A DNA stretch of 64,000 nucleotides, from positions 248,001 through 312,000 of the forward strand of contig BCKZ01000003.1 in NCBI GenBank assembly GCA_001600815.1, written 5' to 3'. The DNA comes from Alloascoidea hylecoeti. Lineage: Eukaryota. Each line of letters begins with the position of its first letter. Positions within the stretch are counted from its first letter, which is position 1. Both the position numbers and the translations under genes were made by a program. Positions 36,925 through 46,526 of the stretch are shown one piece after another. The notes under the pieces were generated by a model. The model worked only from the letters and a program-made list of their open reading frames with translations. It had not been told where the DNA came from and made no database searches.

Positions 36925-38514
36925 ATGGCTTATCAGAGACCCGTCAGAAACCTTTGCACGACAAGGAGAACCGGCCAGATTCGCTCACTGAATAATCTTG
37001 AATGGTCTCATGCTCTACTAGGTTATAGAGACCTTCTAGGCTCAAACATGGTAACTGCTACATACACCACTTCCTTATCGAAAAGAGATCTTGTCGGGGC
37101 TATACGGTGTGTCATCCTGGAAAATCCATGGTTATTGGCGAATATATTCACACATGATCTCAAAGGTTCCTCACACAATTGCTATTGGAGATATATCAAT
37201 GAGGTCAATTTAAATGATGTTGTCGAGTTTCGCTATATCAACAATAATACCCGTGTTAAACTTTATTCTTCTCTTGTCTCAAATTTAGTTCATCGAAGCT
37301 TTACTTGGAAAGGCTTCAATAAGAGAGATGAATTACTATGGAAAGTCGTTGTTATCAATGATATTGAGCTTTGCTTTATATTCGACAATTCTTTATTGGA
37401 TGGTAAATCCGGTGATATCGTCCAACTTTCAATTCTCAAAATTCTTAGAAATTTAGAAAATGTTCCTTCTAATCAAAAAGAGTTATATTTAAAAACTATT
37501 GGTCGTTCAGATTTACCCGCTTTAATTCCTCATATTAATGATCCACAAATATATCTAAACTATAACTATTCAATACCTTATCTACTAAAAACAATAATAT
37601 TACCAAAAATAACAGATTTATTAACTCCTAAAAAATTAAAATATTCATTCTTTAATCCTTTAATTCCAAATCTCAAAGATCCTTCTAATGTCCCTGAAAA
37701 GATAATATTTGATAATGATAATGATAATGATTCTCTTGATCCTAAGCTTACAATCATAAATTTAAGTACAATTGAAACTAAAAATATTATAAATTCATGT
37801 GAAGATCATAATGTTTCAGTAACTGCTTTTTTAAATATTGTTGCAATTAGAGCCGTTAATAAAGTTTTAAAAAAGAGGAGATTAATTTATCAAAGTTTAA
37901 TAGATTCAAGAAACTGTATATCTCCTTCAAATTCAATATTAAATTTAAATCAAAAATCTTCAAATATTTTACTTGGTAATTTTTTTTCAATTATTAAATG
38001 TCATTACGATGAACAAAAATTTAATACAATATCATTTTGGAAACATGTTTTAAAAAATGATAGAGAATTAAAAAGAAAATCATTAAAAAAAAATATTAAA
38101 AAAAAATCATTAACTTGTTTAATTTTATCATCATCTATTTATATTTCAAACGTTTATAAATATATAAATAAATTGGTTATTTCAAAAAGAGATGCTATTG
38201 TTACTATTGCAAATTTAGATCATGATAATAGAGATTTAGATTTACAATTTAATAAACTTTCAAAATTTAATATTGAAAGAATGTCTTTTATTACTGGTGC
38301 TGCACTTGAGACAATATTAATCCAGTCAATAACAACAACTAATACTACTAATACAAATAATTCACCTGTTATGACTTTATATTTTCAAGCTGGAATAAAT
38401 TCAATAAATTTTCAACAATTAAATGAAATAACAACAGAATTTAAAAAAACAATTACTGATATTACAAACTTAGGGAAACACATAGTCACAGAAGAAAACA
38501 AAACGTTAGTTTGA
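36925..38514 (+). CDS. Alcohol acetyltransferase (Atf/Sli1, AATase) family protein with an altered catalytic motif
   Basis: N-terminal 'RSLNNLE...SNMVTATY', 'LWKVVVIN' and 'FDNSLLDGKSG' at the HxxxDG position, then 'SCEDHNVSVTAFL', 'IDSR' and 'IANL'. Confidence 0.8.
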   Translation: MAYQRPVRNLCTTRRTGQIRSLNNLEWSHALLGYRDLLGSNMVTATYTTSLSKRDLVGAIRCVILENPWLLANIFTHDLKGSSHNCYWRYINEVNLNDVVEFRYINNNTRVKLYSSLVSNLVHRSFTWKGFNKRDELLWKVVVINDIELCFIFDNSLLDGKSGDIVQLSILKILRNLENVPSNQKELYLKTIGRSDLPALIPHINDPQIYLNYNYSIPYLLKTIILPKITDLLTPKKLKYSFFNPLIPNLKDPSNVPEKIIFDNDNDNDSLDPKLTIINLSTIETKNIINSCEDHNVSVTAFLNIVAIRAVNKVLKKRRLIYQSLIDSRNCISPSNSILNLNQKSSNILLGNFFSIIKCHYDEQKFNTISFWKHVLKNDRELKRKSLKKNIKKKSLTCLILSSSIYISNVYKYINKLVISKRDAIVTIANLDHDNRDLDLQFNKLSKFNIERMSFITGAALETILIQSITTTNTTNTNNSPVMTLYFQAGINSINFQQLNEITTEFKKTITDITNLGKHIVTEENKTLV

Positions 38515-40117
38515 AACTAAATTAAATCAGAGGATTTAATTTTATTTACTTTTTCATTTCAATTGGTTGATTATCATAACTATGAAGTAGTCGCAAAGGA
38601 TCTAGATCCTAAAATATTAATGAAACAAATTTCATCCTTTTTTCTTTTTCTTTTTTTCAGTTCCATAATTCAATTCAATTAATAATGCATATATGATATT
38701 ATCTATCCAGCTATAATACCCATCGTATGGTAGTTAGATTTTAAGCAGGCATAAGTATCTTTATTTAACTATAATTCTAATGAACCAACTACATTTGAAA
38801 TGTAATGATGTTAACGTTTGATGCTAAAATTGTCTATTAATTATATACAGGTATTCGAAGAGATTTGAAAAATAGAGAAATAAAAAAAGAGCATTGTGGT
38901 TGATATCGATGAGTTAATATTATTAGATATTGGAATTTTCCCAGCTGGCCCATCTCACGTGAGATGCTGCAGCCCTCCCAATCCAGATAATTTGCATCGC
39001 CCTCAACAGATCTAGATCTAGGCCTGGGTATAATTATGTCCTCCAACCGCCCTTGTCCCTCTCACTCCGTGTATACCGAATATCCATCGCTCTGGTATCA
39101 AATTTAAATTACGAGTCATGAACATTCTACTTCTATTCTATTTTCCACCATATATCATTTTAAGCGCCGAAATCGATCTTCACAAATATGGACCGATAAT
39201 TAGTGTTGATGTCTTTGGGATTATGGTATATTTCACTGTAGTATGTTTTTTAAGACATTATAGGCCGTAGAGAAAATTGATTGTTCAAAGTTAGAATCGT
39301 AAATAATATCTTTGAAATTTAGATTATATTTAGATTATCTAAGAATATAAATATAGAGTAAAACCTTATTTGTTATAATTAGATGCTAATTTGCGATTGT
39401 TCTTTTAAATTTTTTCAAAAATATTATATACGAGTTACAAACGTATTTCTGTCGGGAAGACACACAGTGTATAAGTATATACTACTTTTACCCCTTTGAT
39501 TAAAACTTTACAAACTCATCATGGTCACTAATGAGGCTCGCAATTGTATGATGAGAGGAGACATGCTTGGAGAGGTTATCTTTTCTAAACACTATTTAAA
39601 ATTGATCTCGCTTATGTAGATTCTAATTATAACTTTTACCTGGGTAGGGTTGATTTCATGTCAGAAAATTCTTGTTTACAATAATCATATCTCTGCGGCC
39701 ATGGGTTAGAATTCCATTCTCTTTTGACTATAATTAGGGTCCATACATTCTATGTATAATAACATAATTAATGAAGTTCATTTCCTAAAATCTCAAAATA
39801 TTTACATTAGCTAGAAGTATGACATACCTCTTCAAATGAAATAAAAAGAATTTAAATTTATAATATATATGTGTGTATGTATATGACAAATAAAGATCAA
39901 TTTTGGAGAGTATTCACTTCCTCATGCACATGGCCAATTCAACGCTTAGATTCATATAAATTTTAGCAGGTATCTAAAATAAACATCCATAAGCATATGC
40001 TTGAATCAAGTAGTCGATTGATAGCCAGTCACCGTGAAAACTTCTGATTTATCAGTTATAATTTTATATTATATAGCAAACTGTTAAAGTGCTATAATTG
40101 CAAAATTTTAGAAGAAA

Positions 40118-42090
40118 TTACCATGTCTGTGTTTCTTCAAATAAGTCAACTCTTCCTTTACATTCAGATAAGTGCTTAGTTACTGAGTTTCTGATTGTAT
40201 CTGAAAAGAAATCAGGTCCACATGTTACAATACCAACAGATCCAGCACTGACTTTAAATTCCTCGTAGATGATTCCATCAAGATTTGGTCTTCCTTTTAT
40301 TAACTTTATATAAGGAAACTTTGCCCCGACTGTTTCCCAGAGATCTGAGGAACCGGAAGATAATCTTAGATGTTCAATACCTTTGACATCTTTGCTGTCA
40401 CAGAAATCGAAACCCTTTTCTGAAGTTGAAGAAGAATCATTAAATGAAATATTACTAGATGGTGTCTCATTCCCCCTTGTTACGTAGATATGAGTAGAAA
40501 TCTTGCTACTATTAAGTCTTTCCAACTCTTTATAAATCCATCCAAAGGTGGTGAAGTGACGAATTACCCAAACAAGTACAATTCGTTGATCTCCAACTTG
40601 TCGTTTACTAAGAGCCTCAGCGTTACAAATACCAGTTGGGATTCCATGACCAGCTGTGAATATAAGAGCTGAATCGTATTTCTCAAGAGGAGCTCTCGAA
40701 CCATATGGGCCTTCAATTAACACATTCAATGAAGCAAAATGATTAGGCTGTTTNNNNNNNNNNNNNNNNNNNNNNNNNNNNNNNNNNNNNNNNNNNNNNN
40801 NNNNNNNNNNNNNNNNNNNNNNNNNNNNNNNNNNNNNNNNNNNNNNNNNNNNNNNNNNNNNNNNNNNNNNNNNNNNNNNNNNNNNNNNNNNNNNNNNNNN
40901 NNNNNNNNNNNNNNNNNNNNNNNNNNNNNNNNNNNNNNNNNNNNNNNNNNNNNNNNNNNNNNNNNNNNNNNNNNNNNNNNNNNNNNNNNNNNNNNNNNNN
41001 NNNNNNNNNNNNNNNNNNNNNNNNNNNNNNNNNNNNNNNNNNNNNNNNNNNNNNNNNNNNNNNNNNNNNNNNNNNNNNNNNNNNNNNNNNNNNNNNNNNN
41101 NNNNNNNNNNNNNNNNNNNNNNNNNNNNNNNNNNNNNNNNNNNNNNNNNNNNNNNNNNNNNNNNNNNNNNNNNNNNNNNNNNNNNNNNNNNNNNNNNNNN
41201 NNNNNNNNNNNNNNNNNNNNNNNNNNNNNNNNNNNNNNNNNNNNNNNNNNNNNNNNNNNNNNNNNNNNNNNNNNNNNNNNNNNNNNNNNNNNNNNNNNNN
41301 NNNNNNNNNNNNNNNNNNNNNNNNNNNNNNNNNNNNNNNNNNNNNNNNNNNNNNNNNNNNNNNNNNNNNNNNNNNNNNNNNNNNNNNNNNNNNNNNNNNN
41401 NNNNNNNNNNNNNNNNNNNNNNNNNNNNNNNNNNNNNNNNNNNNNNNNNNNNNNNNNNNNNNNNNNNNNNNNNNNNNNNNNNNNNNNNNNNNNNNNNNNN
41501 NNNNNNNNNNNNNNNNNNNNNNNNNNNNNNNNNNNNNNNNNNNNNNNNNNNNNNNNNNNNNNNNNNNNNNNNNNNNNNNNNNNNNNNNNNNNNNNNNNNN
41601 NNNNNNNNNNNNNNNNNNNNNNNNNNNNNNNNNNNNNNNNNNNNNNNNNNNNNNNNNNNNNNNNNNNNNNNNNATGTACATCGGTTGCATTAAATGTTGA
41701 ATCAGAAGAATCAAGTAAGTACTTAGATGAATTCACATAAGCAGAATTTAAATCATCATATGTAATATTAATACCATAAAGAGGACAATTTTTAACCGCA
41801 ATACCAAAAGCACTCTTGATAAAACTTGATTCTACAACATCTGCATGTTGATAAACACAAGTAGAAAATGAACCAAGTGCTGGAACAGAAGAACAAGTGC
41901 ATGCCCATTCGGTTGTATTAACATTACAATCAAAAGTAATGCTACTAGAAGCATAATAACAAGCTATTCCTAATATTTCACCTTCACCATAGTTATATGC
42001 TCCCAAGACGGGTGCAGAGTTTGTGATGAGTAGTAGAATTGTTAAAAATGTTAAAGGACATTTTTTAATTAAATATTCATATAATTTCAT
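40118..42090 (-). CDS. Ferric/cupric reductase (FRE family), copy 1, interrupted by an assembly gap
   Basis: The N-terminus (41674-42090) and C-terminus (40118-40753) are near-identical to the intact paralog at 44083-46326. Motifs 'EGPYG', 'GHGIP', 'CGP' and the terminal 'EETQTW'. Confidence 0.88.
40754..41673. other. Assembly gap (920 N)
   Basis: Run of N inside FRE copy 1. Confidence 1.
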
Positions 42091-42155
42091 TTTTTGAATG
42101 ATTTTTTAAAGAAATAATTGCAATATTGATTTGATTTATAGAATATTGCAATTGT

Positions 42156-42245
42156 GTTATTAACCAGAATAACTTATAATCAGAATTAAAAGTATATAAT
42201 AAGCAAAATATAGTCACTTGTATCTGTTATTAACCAGAATAACAG
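42156..42245 (-). promoter_or_regulatory. Two CUGG-loop stem-loops (SRE-like) in the FRE copy 1 leader
   Basis: Minus-strand GTTATT-CTGGTT-AATAAC at 42156-42173 and 42226-42243. The second stem extends to 8 bp. Confidence 0.6.
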
Positions 42246-44082
42246 CCAAGAATTAAATTTAAAGTTCAAAATAAGGATTATCGTTGAAATTTGAGAAAAT
42301 CCCAGGTTTATATCTCATAAAATGATATAATAATATGAAACACAGTAATCGTTATATAATCAATTATGCTTTCTAAGCTGATACACAATATTTTCGTTTA
42401 GTGGAATGATTAATATTGTATGTATTAATTACATAAATTATAAAGACCAAGAAGTTAAATATGCCTGAATGGGAAATTTTCTTTTGGGCCCTATATAAAT
42501 TCCTACATAAGATTTGGAATTTGAAACCGTTTGATATCGTTTAAGTTAGTAGTTGCAGTTGCGATATTTTTGCATGGTCTTAGATTTCCAAAATAAGACT
42601 TAGATCACTTTTAATATAGCTAAGGTATTCCGCTCCGATACGTATTGTTGAGAATAGCTTGGCGGAAATGGATGACGGATCGGAAACTGGAAGAACTGCT
42701 GATGACAAAGATTACATTGCCCTTTGAACTATTACTCTATTATCTATTAAAAGACATCTACATACAACTATAATATGATTTATCAATACTATCACTGTAA
42801 TTATACATATATATGGCATAGCCTTAACAACAAAATAACCCCAATTTGCTGGACTTAATATTTATAATATAAAATATAAAGTTTATATAAGTTATATAAG
42901 CTATTAAATATGAATATATTTAATGCCCCACTACGATCTAGAAGTCAGCACACAAATAGTCTGTAGTTTTAATCTACTAGAGAAATGGGAATCGTTACTT
43001 AAGCTTAAGCGCTTGGAACTTTTTAATATTTGTGACAGAATTCGAAGGATATGTAACTTATTTGCATAATGATATATAAGTTATATACCAGAACAATCAA
43101 ATTGCTACAGAATTCATTATTAATATATAACAAGCAAGAAATTTTAAAACCTATCTACATGTTGATTAGCTAATAAATATAGAGATGAAGCTTAAGATAA
43201 TTTACTTTGTCACAAATAAAGTACGAGAACAATTCAAACTGTCTTAAAAATTAGTACCTTTAATTATTATAATTATATGTTTTAAATATATCCACCCATA
43301 ATAATATACAGATTCGTATATGCATATGTGTCGGTGACACTAAACACGGAGAAGTCGAGGGGGGCAATGCATACCTATACTTATTAGTAATTTATTACTA
43401 TCCGTCTAACACAGATAGTGGGGAATGATTAGCTAATAATAATTAATTTATATTTATTTTAGAAAAACCCCAGGAAAGAACACAAATTTTTATAAAAGAA
43501 CGAAAAAATAACTCTTATCTTTTCTTCAAATTATTTTGAAGTCAGTTGATTTCCAATTCCTTCGTACTGCCCCTTCTTGACAGAAAATGAATGATATTAG
43601 ACTTCCATTTCTGCATTTTTATTGTAGCGTATGTGGTTCCATATTATTGCTTAATTGGATTCTACTCTATGTCTATACTCAAAAGAAACTCTACAGTATC
43701 AATCGCCTCACAAGGTGAAAGGACTCTAAAATTTAAAGATAGATGATTAATACAGAATGTAGTTCTCGAAAGAAATTAACATTGATTAATATTACTCTTT
43801 TTCAAATTCTTGTAATTATAGTTGCGTTCATCAGCATGTATGGCTGTACATGTAAGTCGTAAATACCTCACGATCGAATGAAGTAACATGAAATAAATAT
43901 GTTTTATGTTCATAACTAATAATAAATACACAAAAAAAAGAAATAAATTCCAAGTTTCTAAATATATAGTCTATTAACGTGCTTCAGTTTTTAAAATAAG
44001 CAAAATTTAATCAAATAATCTGTCTTTTTGTGGTGAAAATATCAGTTATCATTTCAACACCTAATCAAAAAAAAAAAAAAAA

Positions 44083-46326
44083 TCACCATGTCTGTATTTC
44101 TTCGAATAAATCAACTCTTCCTTTACATTCCGATAGGTGTTTAGCTACTGAATTTCTAATTGTATCTGAAAAGTAATCAGGCCCACATGTTACAATACCA
44201 ACAGATCCAGCACTAACTTTAAATTCCCCTCTAACCATCTCATCAAGATTTGGCCTTCCTTTTATTAAATTTATATAAGGAAACGTATCTTCCATTGTGT
44301 GCCAAATATTTGAGGAATCTGAAGATAAACTTATGTTTTCAAAATCCTTAGTGTCTTTACCAGTACTAGATTTATCACCATGATGGAAACCCTTTTCAGT
44401 TGAAGAAGAATCATCATTAAATGAAATATTACTAGATGGTGTCTCATTTTCTCTAGTTACGTAGATATTAGTAGTGATCTTGCTACTATTAAGTCTTTCC
44501 AACTCTTTATAAATCCATCCAAAGGATGATAAATGACGAATTACCCAAACAAGTACAATTCGTTGATCTCCAACTTGTCGCTTACTAAGAGCCTCAGCGT
44601 TACAAATACCAGTTGGGATTCCACAGCCAGCTGTTAATATAAGAGCTGAATCGTATTTCTCAAGAGGAGCTCTCGAACCATATGGGCCTTCAATTAACAC
44701 ATTCAATGAAGCAAAATGATTAGGCTGTTTCGCCAAATATTCACCAATCTTTTTAGTCATTCCACCTTTCATTTTAAAACAAATAACAATATCCTTATCG
44801 TTCTTATCATAAGCAGACATTATGGTGAATGGATGAGATTGCCAAAAACAATTATGTCTCATAATATAAATATAAACAAAAGATCCAGGACTTGGTTTCC
44901 AAGAAGAAGGTCTCCTAATTGTAACCTTAACTGTTTCTTCCTTTTCATAAAGTTGGAATGATGCTTTAGTAGTTATTCCAAACCATAATAATCTTGTTAC
45001 TCTAATCAAATGATCAAAAAGCCAAATTCCTATTGAGACATAAAGATATTCTAACCATCCAAATAAACGGCTATGGTAAAAACAAGCGACCAAAAACAAA
45101 GCAGCTAAAACAGCATGCATTATTTTAAAAACTTCATAACGCTTAATACGATATTTGTAAAGAGCTTGAACAACTATTATAATTCCAAGAACCATTGCAG
45201 TAATAGCAAATCTAAAACGTTGTGTTTGTGCTAATATTCCAAGAACATTATATTCATTATTTTCCAAAACTATAAATACATAACAAATTGAATGAATTAA
45301 TGCTTGAGCCGTCATACCACGAGCAATCCATTTATGGAAAACAATAAAAGATTCAAATTTAATTCCAGTTAGCCAAAGTAAAAAGTTATTTCTTCCTGCA
45401 AATAAAAATATTAATGGGAGATGAGCAAATGAAAGGATTCCTGTTCTGTCACCTACAAACTTTTGTATCATCAGTGGTTTGGTTGAGAAGTTTACCTTTG
45501 GTATAAATTTTGCTGTGATTTTTTCCTCATCAGTTAGTTGAAGAATATCGTAGTTGCATGCAGTAAGAACAATTAGCAGAATCAAATAACCTATCAAGAT
45601 TATCGTATGTGCTCGAATTGGTACCAACATGATATTCCCTAAAGAGCCAATATGTCTTTTTCTGCCTGTGGCTGGAAGTGTTATATACTTTCGGAAAAGA
45701 TTAACAGTTTCGTTTTGAGTACTCATCATAAATNGAGGAAATACTTTTCTAAGGAAAGTCAAAATTGATGATACAATTAAAACAAGACCCCAATAAGCTA
45801 ATATTATTCCACCATAGTAGTCACCTTTATCATATTCATTATAGTAAGTTTTATATACACGAGCATATAAATTTTCTGTCTTATTACTGATTGAAACCGG
45901 TGAATAATGTACATCGGTTGCATTAAATGTTGAATCAGAAGAATCAAGTAAGTACTTAGATGAATTCACATAAGCAGAATTTAAATCATCATATGTAATA
46001 TCAACACCATAAAGAGGACAATTTTGAATTGCAATACCAAAAGCACTCTTGATAAAACTTGATTCTACAACATCTGCATGTTGATAAACACAAGTAGAAA
46101 ATGAACCAAGTGCTGGAACAGAAGAGCAAGTACATGCCCATCCTGTAGTACTAGCATTACAATCAAAAGTAATGCTACTAGTAGCATGATAACAAGCTAT
46201 TCCAAGGATTTCACCTTCACCATAGTTAAATACACCTAAGACGGGTGCAGAGTTTGTGATGAGTAGTAGAGCCACCGTTAAAAAAGTTATAGGACATTTT
46301 TTAATTAAATATTCATATAATTTCAT
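44083..46326 (-). CDS. Ferric/cupric reductase (FRE family), copy 2
   Basis: 747 aa. Signal peptide and Cys-rich ectodomain, 'AGRNN', heme His residues in 'FHKWIAR', 'LIHS' and 'MHAVL..FYHS', FAD motif 'WQSHPFT', NADPH motifs 'EGPYG', 'AGCGI' and 'CGP'. Confidence 0.96.
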   Translation of the reverse strand: MKLYEYLIKKCPITFLTVALLLITNSAPVLGVFNYGEGEILGIACYHATSSITFDCNASTTGWACTCSSVPALGSFSTCVYQHADVVESSFIKSAFGIAIQNCPLYGVDITYDDLNSAYVNSSKYLLDSSDSTFNATDVHYSPVSISNKTENLYARVYKTYYNEYDKGDYYGGIILAYWGLVLIVSSILTFLRKVFPXFMMSTQNETVNLFRKYITLPATGRKRHIGSLGNIMLVPIRAHTIILIGYLILLIVLTACNYDILQLTDEEKITAKFIPKVNFSTKPLMIQKFVGDRTGILSFAHLPLIFLFAGRNNFLLWLTGIKFESFIVFHKWIARGMTAQALIHSICYVFIVLENNEYNVLGILAQTQRFRFAITAMVLGIIIVVQALYKYRIKRYEVFKIMHAVLAALFLVACFYHSRLFGWLEYLYVSIGIWLFDHLIRVTRLLWFGITTKASFQLYEKEETVKVTIRRPSSWKPSPGSFVYIYIMRHNCFWQSHPFTIMSAYDKNDKDIVICFKMKGGMTKKIGEYLAKQPNHFASLNVLIEGPYGSRAPLEKYDSALILTAGCGIPTGICNAEALSKRQVGDQRIVLVWVIRHLSSFGWIYKELERLNSSKITTNIYVTRENETPSSNISFNDDSSSTEKGFHHGDKSSTGKDTKDFENISLSSDSSNIWHTMEDTFPYINLIKGRPNLDEMVRGEFKVSAGSVGIVTCGPDYFSDTIRNSVAKHLSECKGRVDLFEEIQTW

Positions 46327-46380
46327 TTTTAAAAATAATTTTCAAAGAGATAACTCTAATATTGATTTATTGAATGTTGT

Positions 46381-46526
46381 GTTATTTGCAACAATAACTT
46401 TAAAAATGAACGATAGAAGATACAGGTAATCAATTGTTCGTTATTAACCAGAATAACCTAAGATTAGAATTAAAGTAGCGATTGAAAGAAAGAGGTAGCC
46501 AATTGTGTATTATTAGCCAGAATAAC
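46381..46526 (-). promoter_or_regulatory. Three stem-loops (two with CUGG loops) in the FRE copy 2 leader
   Basis: Minus-strand GTTATT-GTTGCA-AATAAC (46381-46398), GTTATT-CTGGTT-AATAAC (46440-46457) and GTTATT-CTGGCT-AATAAT (46509-46526). Confidence 0.6.

Noticed and set aside
40726..42090. ORF-track entries through the N run and the apparent frameshift/pseudogene in FRE copy 1
   Set aside because: Artefacts of an estimated gap length (920 N versus 1176 nt in the paralog).
42156..42173. Canonical animal IRE in the FRE leaders
   Set aside because: The loop is CUGGUU, not CAGUGN, and there is no bulged C. It matches the SRE consensus instead.
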